From an uncultured Desulfovibrio sp. (GTDB lineage Bacteria > Desulfobacterota > Desulfovibrionia > Desulfovibrionales > Desulfovibrionaceae): a DNA stretch of 64,000 nt. The notes beneath the pieces are model-generated. The model saw only the letters and a list, made by a program, of their open reading frames with translations, did not search any database and was not told the origin of the DNA. Position 1 is the stretch's first letter. Each line of letters begins with the position of its first letter. Of the stretch, positions 21,998 through 31,410 are shown in pieces. The stretch spans positions 762 through 64,761 of the forward strand of contig USBZ01000004.1 in assembly GCA_900553065.1 (NCBI GenBank), read 5' to 3'. Made by a program: the position numbers and the translations under genes.

Positions 21998-22356
21998 AAA
22001 GCCGGTGCGGTCTGTCCGGCCGGCATGCCTCGTTTCTCTTGAATGCCCGGCTGGCTCGCTTCCGTTTGACGTTGATGCATTGGTCGACCGATGCGGCCGG
22101 AAAAGCGCACGGGCCTCGGAAGAAACCTCACGAAAAAAGAAGCGGGAAGTGTGCCGGACAGTGGCGCTTGAAAGGCTTTTCGAAGTCGAAGGCGCTTGTT
22201 TTATGCCGCTTGTGTCAACCCCGCTCAACAGCCATCACGAAGATGGCCGTGTGTTCCTTTTGACGCTGACCCCCGCCAACGAAGAGAGTGCTTCATGCCT
22301 TCCCGGCATGATCGGAGGCCTTGCCCGGCAGCATCTCTATGCCGCAAGGCACGACG

Positions 22357-22385
22357 AAAAAGGCTCCCGCCGGAACGGGAGCCTT
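22357..22385 (-). terminator. Intrinsic terminator after greA
   Basis: Minus strand AAGGCTCCCG-TTCCGG-CGGGAGCCTTTTT. Confidence 0.8.
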
Positions 22386-22411
22386 CCTTGTATCCGGAAA
22401 AGAAACGGCGA

Positions 22412-22891
22412 TCAGTCGCGCACGCCGTGGAATTCGATTTCGGTGATTTCGTAGGTCACGCGGCCGCGGGGAATGTCGATGGTGACTTCGTCGCCGACTT
22501 CGTGACCGAGAAGTGCACGGCCCACGGGAGAGTTGATGGAGATGGATCCCTTGGCAAAGTCGGCTTCATCAGGTCCGAGCAGCGTGAACTGACGTTCTTC
22601 GTCGGTATCAACGTCGACCACATGCACGGTAGCACCGAAGATGACCTTGTCGCTGTGAAGCGTGTCGAGGTCAATGACAGTGTACTGGGGAAGCTGGGAT
22701 TCAATGTAGTTGATGCGGGCTTCCAGGAAGCCCTGACGCTCACGGGCGGCATCGTAACCGGCATTTTCCTTCAGGTCGCCTTCTTCACGGGCTTCCTTGA
22801 TGGCCTGAATGACGGCAGGACGCTCCTTCTTGAGCGCTTCAAGTTCTTTTTCCAGCTTCTTGTATCCCTGTACGGAAATAGGCGTGCTCAT
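22412..22891 (-). CDS. greA: Transcription elongation factor GreA
   Basis: AIKEAREEGDLKENAGYDAARE, VIFGATV and ISINSPVGRALLG. Start at ATG 22891. Confidence 0.96.
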   Translation of the reverse strand: MSTPISVQGYKKLEKELEALKKERPAVIQAIKEAREEGDLKENAGYDAARERQGFLEARINYIESQLPQYTVIDLDTLHSDKVIFGATVHVVDVDTDEERQFTLLGPDEADFAKGSISINSPVGRALLGHEVGDEVTIDIPRGRVTYEITEIEFHGVRD

Positions 22892-22996
22892 GGCAGATCC
22901 CTTCAAAAAAAGTGATAAGCAAAAAAAGAGGCCCAACTTCTCGAAAGGGATAGCATTCACTTCCAGAAAAGTGGGGCATCAGGAAATGCTTTCCCT
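22892..22996 (-). promoter_or_regulatory. Structured greA 5' leader (candidate attenuator)
   Basis: An 11/12-bp terminator-like stem followed by U7, plus a mutually exclusive alternative stem (see findings). Confidence 0.55.
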
Positions 22997-22998
22997 GC

Positions 22999-23027
22999 AA
23001 TATAGGCCTGCCGGAACATGAAGTCAA
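22999..23027 (-). promoter_or_regulatory. Sigma-70 promoter of greA
   Basis: Minus strand TTGACT(23027-23022)-17bp-TATATT(23004-22999). Confidence 0.75.
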
Positions 23028-23214
23028 TCCCCGTCCGGTTTTTGGCTTCGTGTCGCCTGCCGGCGGAAAATCGGGGCGGCGTATGCGTTCCGGAAGGAAA
23101 AACGCCGTCCCGGATTTACTGCTGGACAAGGCGTCCCGGTTCTGCGAGAATAAAAGTTCTGTGATTCCGTCGACGGCTTCTTCCGTCGGCGAAAAAAAAC
23201 ACTATGGAACTGCT

Positions 23215-24900
23215 ATGGCAAACGATAATCAGCCGGATAAAGTCATTTATTCGATGAACCGCGTGACCAAGCGACATGGTCAGCGGGAAGTTCTCAAGGA
23301 TATTTCGCTCGGCTATTTCTACGGCGCGAAAATCGGCGTGCTCGGCCTGAACGGCGCGGGTAAGTCGTCGCTGCTCAAGATCATGGCCGGCGTGGACAAG
23401 GCCTTCGACGGCGACGTGGTGGTCGCCCCGGGATACTCCATCGGCTATCTTGAGCAGGAGCCGCTGGTGGATGAAACGCGCACCGTCCGCGAAGTCGTGG
23501 AGGAGGGCGTTCAGGAAGTCGTGGATCTCGTTAAGGAATTCAACGAGATCAACGAAAAGTTCGCCGATCCCGATGCCGACATGGACGCTCTGATCGAGCG
23601 CCAGGCCAAGGTGCAGGAAAAAATGGACGCCCTGAACGCCTGGGATCTCGACTCCCGCCTGGAAATGGCCATGGATGCGCTGCGCTGTCCGCCTGCGGAT
23701 ACGCCCGTGTCCGTGATTTCCGGCGGTGAACGTCGCCGCGTGGCTCTGTGCCGTCTGTTGCTGCAGAACCCCGACATCCTTCTGCTCGACGAACCGACCA
23801 ACCATCTCGATGCCGAGTCCGTGGCCTGGCTGGAAAGATATCTGCAGGGTTTCCCCGGCACGGTCATCGCCGTCACGCACGACCGTTACTTTCTTGATCA
23901 TGTGGCCGGATGGATTCTGGAGCTGGACAGAGGCCGCGGCATTCCGTGGAAGGGCAATTACTCCTCCTGGCTCGAACAGAAGGAAAAGCGCCTTGCTCTT
24001 GAGGAAAAGGCCGACAACGAACGTCGTAAGACGCTGGCCCGCGAACTGGAGTGGATTCACATGTCGCCCAAGGGCCGTCATGCCAAGGGCAAGGCCCGCA
24101 TCAATGCCTACGAGGCCATGCTGAGCCATGAGAGCGAACGCCTCGCTCCGGATCTGGAAATCTACATTCCGCCGGGACCGCGCCTCGGCAAGTCGGTCAT
24201 CGAAGCCAGAGATCTGTGCAAGAGCATGGGCGACAAGCTGCTGGTGGAAAACGCGAACTTCCTTGTGCAGCCCGGCGCCATCGTGGGCATCATCGGTCCC
24301 AACGGCGCGGGTAAGACCACGCTGTTCAAGATGCTCGTCGGCGAGGAAAAGCCTGATTCCGGCACGCTCAGCATCGGCGAAACGGTGAAGTTCGGCTATG
24401 TCGACCAGAACCGCGCGTCTCTTGAACCCGGCAAGACCGTGTATGAAATCATCAGCGGCGGCAGCGACTTCATCAAGCTCGGCGGCCGTGAAGTAAACGC
24501 CCGTGCCTACTGCTCGCGCTTCAACTTCCAGGGCGGCGATCAGCAGAAGAAGGTGGACGTGCTCTCCGGCGGTGAACGCAACCGCGTGCATCTTGCCTGC
24601 ATGCTCAAGTCCGGCGCCAACGTGCTGCTGCTCGACGAACCCACCAACGACATCGACGTGAACACCATGCGTGCTCTGGAAGATGCGCTGGAAAACTTTG
24701 CGGGCTGCGTGCTGGTCATCAGCCATGACCGCTGGTTCCTCGACCGTATCGCGACGCATATTCTGGCCTTTGAGGATGAAGGGCAGGTGACCTTCTTTGA
24801 AGGCAACTTCTCCGAATATGAAGAGGATCGCCGCAAGAGACTCGGTAAGGATGCGGATACGCCTCATCGCATGAAGTATCGCAGACTGACCCGTCAGTAA
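23215..24900 (+). CDS. ettA: ABC-F energy-dependent translational throttle protein EttA
   Basis: Two ABC cassettes (GLNGAGKS, SGGERRR, LDEPTNHLD; GPNGAGKT, SGGERNR), plus LELDRGRGIPWKGNYSSWL and SPKGRHAKGKAR. Confidence 0.95.
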   Translation: MANDNQPDKVIYSMNRVTKRHGQREVLKDISLGYFYGAKIGVLGLNGAGKSSLLKIMAGVDKAFDGDVVVAPGYSIGYLEQEPLVDETRTVREVVEEGVQEVVDLVKEFNEINEKFADPDADMDALIERQAKVQEKMDALNAWDLDSRLEMAMDALRCPPADTPVSVISGGERRRVALCRLLLQNPDILLLDEPTNHLDAESVAWLERYLQGFPGTVIAVTHDRYFLDHVAGWILELDRGRGIPWKGNYSSWLEQKEKRLALEEKADNERRKTLARELEWIHMSPKGRHAKGKARINAYEAMLSHESERLAPDLEIYIPPGPRLGKSVIEARDLCKSMGDKLLVENANFLVQPGAIVGIIGPNGAGKTTLFKMLVGEEKPDSGTLSIGETVKFGYVDQNRASLEPGKTVYEIISGGSDFIKLGGREVNARAYCSRFNFQGGDQQKKVDVLSGGERNRVHLACMLKSGANVLLLDEPTNDIDVNTMRALEDALENFAGCVLVISHDRWFLDRIATHILAFEDEGQVTFFEGNFSEYEEDRRKRLGKDADTPHRMKYRRLTRQ

Positions 24901-24939
24901 TCTCCGATCGGGGGAGTTCTTCTCCCTGACTATGGTATG

Positions 24940-24971
24940 AAAAAAGGCAGCCGAATGGCTGCCTTTTTTTG
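24940..24971. terminator. Bidirectional intrinsic terminator
   Basis: AAAAAAGGCAGCC-GAAT-GGCTGCCTTTTTTT between convergent genes. Confidence 0.9.
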
Positions 24972-25027
24972 TATCGCCAGAAGTTTTTTCTGTAAGGAAG
25001 CATGGAGAGGTGCGTTATCTTCCGTCC

Positions 25028-26254
25028 TTATTGCCTTGTACGTTCTCCGGCTCCGCTCTGCTCCGGGGAGCGCAGCGTAAGCAGCGTGATTTCCGCGCCT
25101 ACGCCGAGGCGCATGGGCACATAGCCCCACATGCCTGTTCCCGGACTGACGTAGAGCGGCATGGATCCGGCCCGGTAGAGACCTGAGCGGAATCCGCTGT
25201 TCATACGGGATACCAGCGGGAAGAGAAAGAAGAACTGCCCGCCGTGAGTGTGCCCGGAAAGCTGGAGATGACAGCCCAGAGCGGCGTTCTGTTCGGCCTG
25301 CCCCGGTCGGTGCGACATGAGGATGCGCAGGCCTTCGCTCGCTCCCTCAAGTGCCTTGCGGGTGTCGGGAGCGCCCATTTCTCCGTCGAGACTGCGGAAC
25401 AGCACGGCACAGGGATCCGTGACTGCGGCAATGACCACGTTTCTGCCTCTGACGTCGTACTGCCTGTGAGCATTCAGAAGAACGGTCATGCCCCAGCGCC
25501 GCCAGGTTTCCACCCAGGGGCGCAGCCCGGAGTAGTAGTCGTGATTGCCTGCGCTGATGACGACATCATAGCGGGCTCGCAGATCCGTGATGGGACGCAG
25601 AAAGGAGCCTATGCGCTCCGGCGTGCCGTCGGCCAGATCGCCCGTGATGAGGGTGAAGTCCGGCTCCAGAGCATTGGTCCGGCGTACTACTTCTTCGAGC
25701 CATGCGCCGGTGAAGGTGGAGCCGATGTGCAGGTCGCTCAGATGGGCGATTTTGAGTCCGTCGAGATCCTTCGGCAGCCCCTTCACGGCAACGTCGATCC
25801 GTCTGACGTCGGGAACGGCCAGAGCGCGCGCCATGCCTGCGGCGGCAGCCGCCAGACTTGAGGCGAGCATGAGAAGTTCCGCAGGAATGGAGAGCAGGGC
25901 GGAGAACAGACTCTCTTCCAGTCCGCTCAGACCGGGGATCAGAAGGGAGACTCCGAAACACAGGGCCAGAAACAGATCGCGCAGAAGCACAAGCCATGAC
26001 AGGACCATGAACGAGGAGGAAATGAAGCCTCCCGCGCGCACGAGCAGAAAGGGCAGATCGGGGCGTTTCGTAATGAGTACCCGCATGCCCGTGATGGTCT
26101 GGGAAATGATGAAGAGAAGAACCGTGAGCGGAATTCTCCAGAGGACGGGCACGGGATCGTGCCAGAACAGGCTGAAGGACATGTACCCGGCTACGGCCAG
26201 CATGAGCGTGGTGCTTGAGGCAAAGAACATGCGGTTGCGTGCGTAATCGGCCAT
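25028..26254 (-). CDS. Membrane-anchored metallophosphoesterase (YkuE/YaeI-like)
   Basis: N-terminal TM helices, then SDLHIG, TGDLADG, GNHDYY, MSHRP and SGHTHGGQ. The start was moved to ATG 26254. Confidence 0.9.
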   Translation of the reverse strand: MADYARNRMFFASSTTLMLAVAGYMSFSLFWHDPVPVLWRIPLTVLLFIISQTITGMRVLITKRPDLPFLLVRAGGFISSSFMVLSWLVLLRDLFLALCFGVSLLIPGLSGLEESLFSALLSIPAELLMLASSLAAAAAGMARALAVPDVRRIDVAVKGLPKDLDGLKIAHLSDLHIGSTFTGAWLEEVVRRTNALEPDFTLITGDLADGTPERIGSFLRPITDLRARYDVVISAGNHDYYSGLRPWVETWRRWGMTVLLNAHRQYDVRGRNVVIAAVTDPCAVLFRSLDGEMGAPDTRKALEGASEGLRILMSHRPGQAEQNAALGCHLQLSGHTHGGQFFFLFPLVSRMNSGFRSGLYRAGSMPLYVSPGTGMWGYVPMRLGVGAEITLLTLRSPEQSGAGERTRQ

Positions 26255-26601
26255 GAGGAGATCCTTGATGGTTGCAGGAGTCGAGGGACGTATGTCGGCG
26301 TGGCGGCGGAAAAGGGGGGAATGCGTTGTTTTTTCTTTTTGGGGAGATCCCGGACGGAATGAGGCGGTATCGGGAACGGAGTCTGAGGAGACGTTGTTTT
26401 TCCAGACTGTCCGAATCTGCGCCTGTCCTGATCCCCGATGTGGGCATGAAGCAGGCTCTTCCCGTAAAGCTGCCTGATGTTTTTCTGAGAGGAGAGGCGC
26501 TGCTTCGGCGGCGGGATTCCGCGGCAAAGGGGAGGCGTGAGTCTGCCCCCCCTCTTCTGCTGCGGAAGGTTAGTGAGGTCGGCGGATCTTCGGGCTGGCG
26601 C

Positions 26602-27024
26602 CTATTTCACGGCGACGTATTTTTCCAATGCCTGAGCGGAGCAGGTCTGACCGCGCCAGAACGCAGAAGCCCAGAGCACGAACACGGCGGCCTGCGTGTC
26701 GTCGAGCTGCCGGAGCTTCGCTTCAAGGGTACGGCTGCTGCTGCCGTACTTTTTATCCAGCTCCTTTTTTCCGCAGAGCTCCGGAACATGGGTGAGCAGG
26801 TGGGCGGCGCGCAGGTGGGATGCGTCTATGACGATGTTCTTGTGCGCGTCTATGACGGTTTTCAATTCTTCAGCCGTAAAGAGCCGTTTGAGTTCGCCGA
26901 CGGTGGTGAACCATGTGTCGATGGTCCAGGGAAGCATGAACTCGGCTCCGGCCGTGCGGCTGCGGAAATGATCCCTGATCCAGACATCCTGCTCTTCAGG
27001 GGACGTGTGACCATAATGAAACAT
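26602..27024 (-). CDS. Hypothetical protein
   Basis: 140-aa ORF with a GGAG RBS, in series after the NUDIX gene. No recognisable motif. Confidence 0.7.
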   Translation of the reverse strand: MFHYGHTSPEEQDVWIRDHFRSRTAGAEFMLPWTIDTWFTTVGELKRLFTAEELKTVIDAHKNIVIDASHLRAAHLLTHVPELCGKKELDKKYGSSSRTLEAKLRQLDDTQAAVFVLWASAFWRGQTCSAQALEKYVAVK

Positions 27025-27039
27025 GAGAACTCCGGAAGG

Positions 27040-27561
27040 CTAGAAGGGGCGGGTATAGGGAATGTCGCCGTATTCAAGGGAGGGATCTTCCGCGCAGGGC
27101 AGCAGGGGTCTGCGTCCCTCACGCCAGTCGCGGAAATGGGCGAGAATACGGGCATGATCGAAGCAGAGAGGGCCGGGGATGTGATCCGGATCGTAGAAGG
27201 CGGCCTCGGCGGCGTCGTCTCCGGCAAGCAGAGCGTCCGGATCGGTGCAGCGTCCTACGAAAACCGTGGTGAGGGTATGACAGCGCAGATCACGCAGCGG
27301 CCAGGAGTAGATGCCGAGAACCCCCTCAAGCTGAACGTCGAGTCCGGTTTCCTCTTTCATTTCGCGTACGGCGGCGTGTTCTGCGCTTTCCCCTTCCTCG
27401 ATGAATCCGCCCGGAAGGGCCATGCCCAGCGGAGGATTCTTGCGACGGATCAGGATGATGCCTTTCTTTTCGTCGTAAATGACGACGTCGGCCGTGGGCA
27501 GAGGGTTGCTGTATTTTACCACAAGCGTCCCGCAGGACGGGCAATAACGGGGATGATTCAT
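27040..27561 (-). CDS. NUDIX hydrolase
   Basis: Nudix box GGFIEEGESAEHAAVREMKEETGL and an N-terminal CPSCG. Confidence 0.92.
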   Translation of the reverse strand: MNHPRYCPSCGTLVVKYSNPLPTADVVIYDEKKGIILIRRKNPPLGMALPGGFIEEGESAEHAAVREMKEETGLDVQLEGVLGIYSWPLRDLRCHTLTTVFVGRCTDPDALLAGDDAAEAAFYDPDHIPGPLCFDHARILAHFRDWREGRRPLLPCAEDPSLEYGDIPYTRPF

Positions 27562-28211
27562 GCATGAACCTCGGAATGGGGATTCAGAATGTGAAAACCG
27601 GCCTGCCTGAGATCAGCCAGAGGCAGCGCGCCTTCTCTGAGCAGGCGCAGGTTCCGGCTGCCCAGAGGTTCCACGATGGTGCTGGCTTCTCCGCCGCCGG
27701 GAGCCGGAGGCTCGTCGAGAACGCCGTCCGTTTCCGGCATCAGGGAGAGAAGAAGTTCCGGGTCAAGTTCGGACGCCGCCGTGACGGCTTTCCGGCCGCT
27801 GATGTTTGCGCTGCTTGAAACAATGGGAAATCCGCTCTGTTCGGCCAGCGCCCGGGCGGCGGGATGCGAGCTTATGCGGGCGGCTATTTTTCCGCTGCCG
27901 CCGGTGAGGGCTTCGGGAAGCTCGGGGCGGGCGGGCAGAAGAAGCGTGAGCGGACCGGGCCAGAAGCGGGCCAGAGCGCTCATATCGTCGGCAAGGGCGG
28001 GGTCGGGGATGGCCACGAGCGCGAGCTGCTCGAAGCTGCCCAGAATGACGGGCAGCGGCATGGAGAGAGAACGGCGCTTGCAGTGGAATACGCGCAGCAC
28101 CGCTTCGGCATTGTCGGCGCGGCAGCCGATGCCGAAAAAGGTTTCCGTGGGGTAGAGAATCACGCCGCCGAGACGTAAGCGGCGGGCGGCTTCCTGAAGG
28201 GATAGAGTCAC
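27558..28211 (-). CDS. tsaC: L-threonylcarbamoyladenylate synthase (YrdC/Sua5 family)
   Basis: YPTETFFGIGC, FHCKRR, FWPGPLT, SSSANISG and ASTIV. Confidence 0.92.
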   Translation of the reverse strand: MTLSLQEAARRLRLGGVILYPTETFFGIGCRADNAEAVLRVFHCKRRSLSMPLPVILGSFEQLALVAIPDPALADDMSALARFWPGPLTLLLPARPELPEALTGGSGKIAARISSHPAARALAEQSGFPIVSSSANISGRKAVTAASELDPELLLSLMPETDGVLDEPPAPGGGEASTIVEPLGSRNLRLLREGALPLADLRQAGFHILNPHSEVHA

Positions 28212-28248
28212 GCTTGCCTCCGTGGAAGGGTAAGCCTATACTGAACAC

Positions 28249-28725
28249 ATGAGTTTGAAAACTTTGCGCATCATGACAGTCGGCAGGCCGCATGCTCCTT
28301 TCTGGAAGGATGCCGCGGCCCATTATCTGGAACGGCTTTCCCGCTGGAGAAAGGTGACGGATACCGTCATCCGCGACTCCGATCCCGCACTGCCGGTCGC
28401 CCGGCGCGTGGAGGATGAAGGAAAGCGCATTCTTGCGGCGCTCTCGCCGCAGGATATCGTGGTATGCCTCGATGAAAAGGGGCGTTCCATGACATCCCGG
28501 GAATTTTCACGCTTTTTGGACGGAATGTCTACTGATGCGACGCGTCGCCCGTGCTTCATTGTGGGCGGCCCCTTCGGGCTGCATGACTCCGTTCGGGAAA
28601 AGGCCCGCCACCTCATAGCGTTCGGCCCGCAGACGCTCCCGCATGAGCTGGCCCGCGTGGTGCTGCTCGAACAGCTTTACCGGGCGGAAACGCTGCTGCG
28701 GAACATGCCGTACCATCACGACTGA
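28249..28725 (+). CDS. rlmH: 23S rRNA pseudouridine-1915 N3-methyltransferase
   Basis: CLDEKG..MTSREF, FIVGGPFG and TLPHELARVVLLEQLYRA...PYHH. Confidence 0.95.
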   Translation: MSLKTLRIMTVGRPHAPFWKDAAAHYLERLSRWRKVTDTVIRDSDPALPVARRVEDEGKRILAALSPQDIVVCLDEKGRSMTSREFSRFLDGMSTDATRRPCFIVGGPFGLHDSVREKARHLIAFGPQTLPHELARVVLLEQLYRAETLLRNMPYHHD

Positions 28726-28798
28726 CAACAGCCGTACGCCAGATGGGCAGCGTTTTTTGTTTGCATGCGGCCGGAACAGGACCGCATGCCCTGCCCTC

Positions 28799-29442
28799 TC
28801 AGCGCGATGCTTCCCGTGCCGGATCGTCAAGACAGCGCTGCAGGTCGTCGGCAAGTCTGCCGATATGTATGCCGTCCACAAAGGAATGATGGACCTGCAC
28901 GGAAAAGGGCAGCAGGATTCGGCCTTCCCTTGAGGTATACTTTCCCCAGTCAAAAAGTGGGACCGCACTGTCCTTCCTGCCTGAAACGGTATGGGAAATG
29001 TGCGTGTAGGCAACCCAGGCATGGGGGAGAAGATGAACACATCCTCATCCGGCGGACCAGAAACGTACTCCTTCTGCGCATCCGCCTTTGCTTTTGCCCG
29101 CTCCACATAGGTTTCCATGCTGTCCGCCATGTCGACACGGACGAATTTGAACAGTTCCGTGTGAGGATCAAGCCAGGTGAAGGAGGTGTGGACGCGTTCC
29201 AGCAGCGCAGGCTTCCCTTCGATGAAGCGGTAGCGGAATTCTTCCAGCCTTTCGGCACAGCAGGTGACGGTGTAGATGAGAGACAGCGTGAAGGAGAGCC
29301 GACGGCTGCGCACGAAGGGCAGAAAATGGGTGATGTCCAGCTCGAAGGTGACGCAGTACTGAGGTTCCAGCGCATGGCGGAAGATCCGGCAGTGTTCGGC
29401 TCTTTTCCAGCGCTCCATGTCCATGAATTGAAAGGCCGTCAT
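28799..29442 (-). pseudogene. cat: Type A chloramphenicol acetyltransferase-family gene with a 1-bp frameshift at ~29018
   Basis: The N-part reads MTAFQFMDMERWKRAEH...YCVTFELDIT...EEFRY...FSPM. The C-part, in a shifted frame, reads WVAYTHISH...PLFDWGKY...LLPFSVQVHHSFVDGIHIG to TGA at 28799. The span of 644 nt is one base short of 215 codons. Confidence 0.85.
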
Positions 29443-29461
29443 AGCGTTGCTCCGTTTTGGG

Positions 29462-31069
29462 TCAGCTTTCTTCTCCCGCCATTCTTCTGAGTTCGGCTTC
29501 TCGGGCTCTGGCGTCGAGAGGGCGGCAGAGCGTGAAGGTTTCGTCTCCGCGCACCTCCTTGGACACCTGAAAATGCTGGGCAGCCCGGGCGGCAAGCTGC
29601 GGCCAGTGCGTGATGATGAGAAGCTGCCTTTTGGTGGCCAGATCATGCAGCCTGTCGGATACGCGGTTCAGCGTGATGCCGCCGACACCGGCATCCACTT
29701 CGTCGAAGATGAGTGTGGCGTCTTCTCCCGTAGCCTGTACGCCGACCACGGCCAGCATGAAGCGTGAAAGCTCGCCGCCGGAGGCGATTTTGTCCAGAGG
29801 CTGCGGATGCTGGCCCGGATTGGGGGCCCACAGCAGGCGGTAGCGGTCTTCCACGCAGGCAGGGCAGATGACCTTCACCTTGTCTTCCACCTGAGGCCAT
29901 ACCTCATGAGGAACGCATTCAGGCTCCACATGAACGCGTTCGGAAAAGCCGAGTCCGGCCAGCTCTCTTTCCAGCGCCGTGCAGAATGCGGCGGAGGCCT
30001 CTTTGCGGCCCGCGTTGCATTCTTCAAGTATTGCATGAAGTTTTTTGGAGAGTTCCCGTTCCTGCTTTTCCAGCCTGTGCAGATCAAGACCGCAGGCATC
30101 GAGGAAGGAGAGGTTTTCTGTGATTTCGTCCCGGAGTCGGAGAATTTCAGGAATGGTCCGGCGCATGCGGCGCTTGAGCTGCGACAGCTCGTAGAGGCGT
30201 GCCTCAAGCTCATCGGGATCGTATTCGCAGTCGCAGGAGGGCGTGCTGCGGAAGCGCCGCGTCAGTTCCCGGGCTTCTTCCTCGAAGTTCAGAAGCGATT
30301 CGAGAGACGGCGTGAATGTTTCGTCTTCCTGGGCAAGCCCATGGAGCAGGCGTTCCAGTTCGCCCAGCATGGTGGAAAGTCCGGCTCCCTCGCCGCCGAG
30401 CATGAGCTCCAGACCCTGCTCATACTGTGAGCGCAGATGTTCCAGCCCCTTCATTTCCGTACGGGCCTTTTCCAGCCGCTCTTCCTCTCCCTCTTCAGGC
30501 GCGACGCGTTCGATTTCCTTCTGCTGCATTTCCAGAAGCTCCCGCTTCTCGCTCAGCATTTCCATGCGCTCCAGCAGTTTGCGCCGCTGCTCCGCTACGT
30601 CCTTGAGTTCCTTCAGAACGGCATCCTTGCGGGAAACCAGCGTCCGGTCGGGAAGAAAGGAATCGATGAGAGAGGCCTGATAGGAGGCCTGAAGAAGGCG
30701 TTGCTGCCCGTGCTGACTGACATGGAAAAGAAGAACGGGGCGCAGGGCACGCACGGTTTCCTGCGAGGTGAGGGTACCGTTGAGGAAAAAGTGACTGCGA
30801 CCGGACGAGGCGGAAAGTTCTCTTCGGAGCACGATTTCCTCTTCCCCCTGTTCGCCTTGTCTGGTGAAGAGCGCCTCTACCTGCGCCTTGTCCCGGCCGG
30901 GGCGCACCATGTCGGTAGAGAGTTTGTCTCCCAGAACAAAGTTGATGGCCTTGAGAATGAAGCTCTTGCCTGCGCCGGTTTCGCCCGTGAGGACGTTCAT
31001 TCCGTCGCCGAATTCAAGCTCCATGTCGTCAATGAGGGCCAGGCCGCGTATGCGCAGATATTCCAGCAT
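29462..31069 (-). CDS. recN: DNA repair protein RecN
   Basis: LTGETGAGKS, a coiled coil, IASGGELSR, IFDEVDAGVGG and ITHWPQLAA. Confidence 0.95.
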   Translation of the reverse strand: MLEYLRIRGLALIDDMELEFGDGMNVLTGETGAGKSFILKAINFVLGDKLSTDMVRPGRDKAQVEALFTRQGEQGEEEIVLRRELSASSGRSHFFLNGTLTSQETVRALRPVLLFHVSQHGQQRLLQASYQASLIDSFLPDRTLVSRKDAVLKELKDVAEQRRKLLERMEMLSEKRELLEMQQKEIERVAPEEGEEERLEKARTEMKGLEHLRSQYEQGLELMLGGEGAGLSTMLGELERLLHGLAQEDETFTPSLESLLNFEEEARELTRRFRSTPSCDCEYDPDELEARLYELSQLKRRMRRTIPEILRLRDEITENLSFLDACGLDLHRLEKQERELSKKLHAILEECNAGRKEASAAFCTALERELAGLGFSERVHVEPECVPHEVWPQVEDKVKVICPACVEDRYRLLWAPNPGQHPQPLDKIASGGELSRFMLAVVGVQATGEDATLIFDEVDAGVGGITLNRVSDRLHDLATKRQLLIITHWPQLAARAAQHFQVSKEVRGDETFTLCRPLDARAREAELRRMAGEES

Positions 31070-31371
31070 GATTCCACCAGAAAAGGGTTAGGGGGATTTT
31101 CCCGATGGAATCATCTTTTATTGAAAAAATGTAAAAAGTCAAGAATAAATTTACTCGTCGATAAATCAAAAATTGATGACGGGCGCGGCCGAAAAAGCCC
31201 AGATGGGCGGAACGTGGCGGGTGTTGAAACGGGATGAAAGGGCTGTCCGGCTGGCGTCGTACTAAAGCCAGCGGTTGATGGAGCGGAGAAAGAAGCAGGC
31301 GGTCGGGCACAATAAAAGAGCCGGGGCCGCATTCTCTTCTCTGTGCGGCGCTTTCCTGTTCTCGTCAGGAG

Positions 31372-31404
31372 AAAAAAGCGGCACGGCCTTGCGAGACCGT
31401 GCCG
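31372..31404 (-). terminator. Intrinsic terminator after the aminotransferase
   Basis: Minus strand CGGCACGG-loop-CCGTGCCG-CTTTTTT. Confidence 0.75.
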
Positions 31405-31410
31405 GTGAAA

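Noticed and set aside
21998..22356. 149-aa ORF or cobalamin riboswitch between recJ and greA
   Set aside because: The ORF has no RBS or motif and overlaps greA. A GCCACTG on the minus strand lacks the other B12-element motifs and a downstream gene.
23169..23199. Terminator upstream of ettA
   Set aside because: The hairpin is followed by an A-run on the plus strand and preceded by Ts on the minus strand, which is the wrong geometry for termination either way.
28507..29646. 379-aa minus-strand ORF as a real protein
   Set aside because: It is a chimera of the recN overlap, the CAT N-terminal part and out-of-frame read-through caused by the frameshift.
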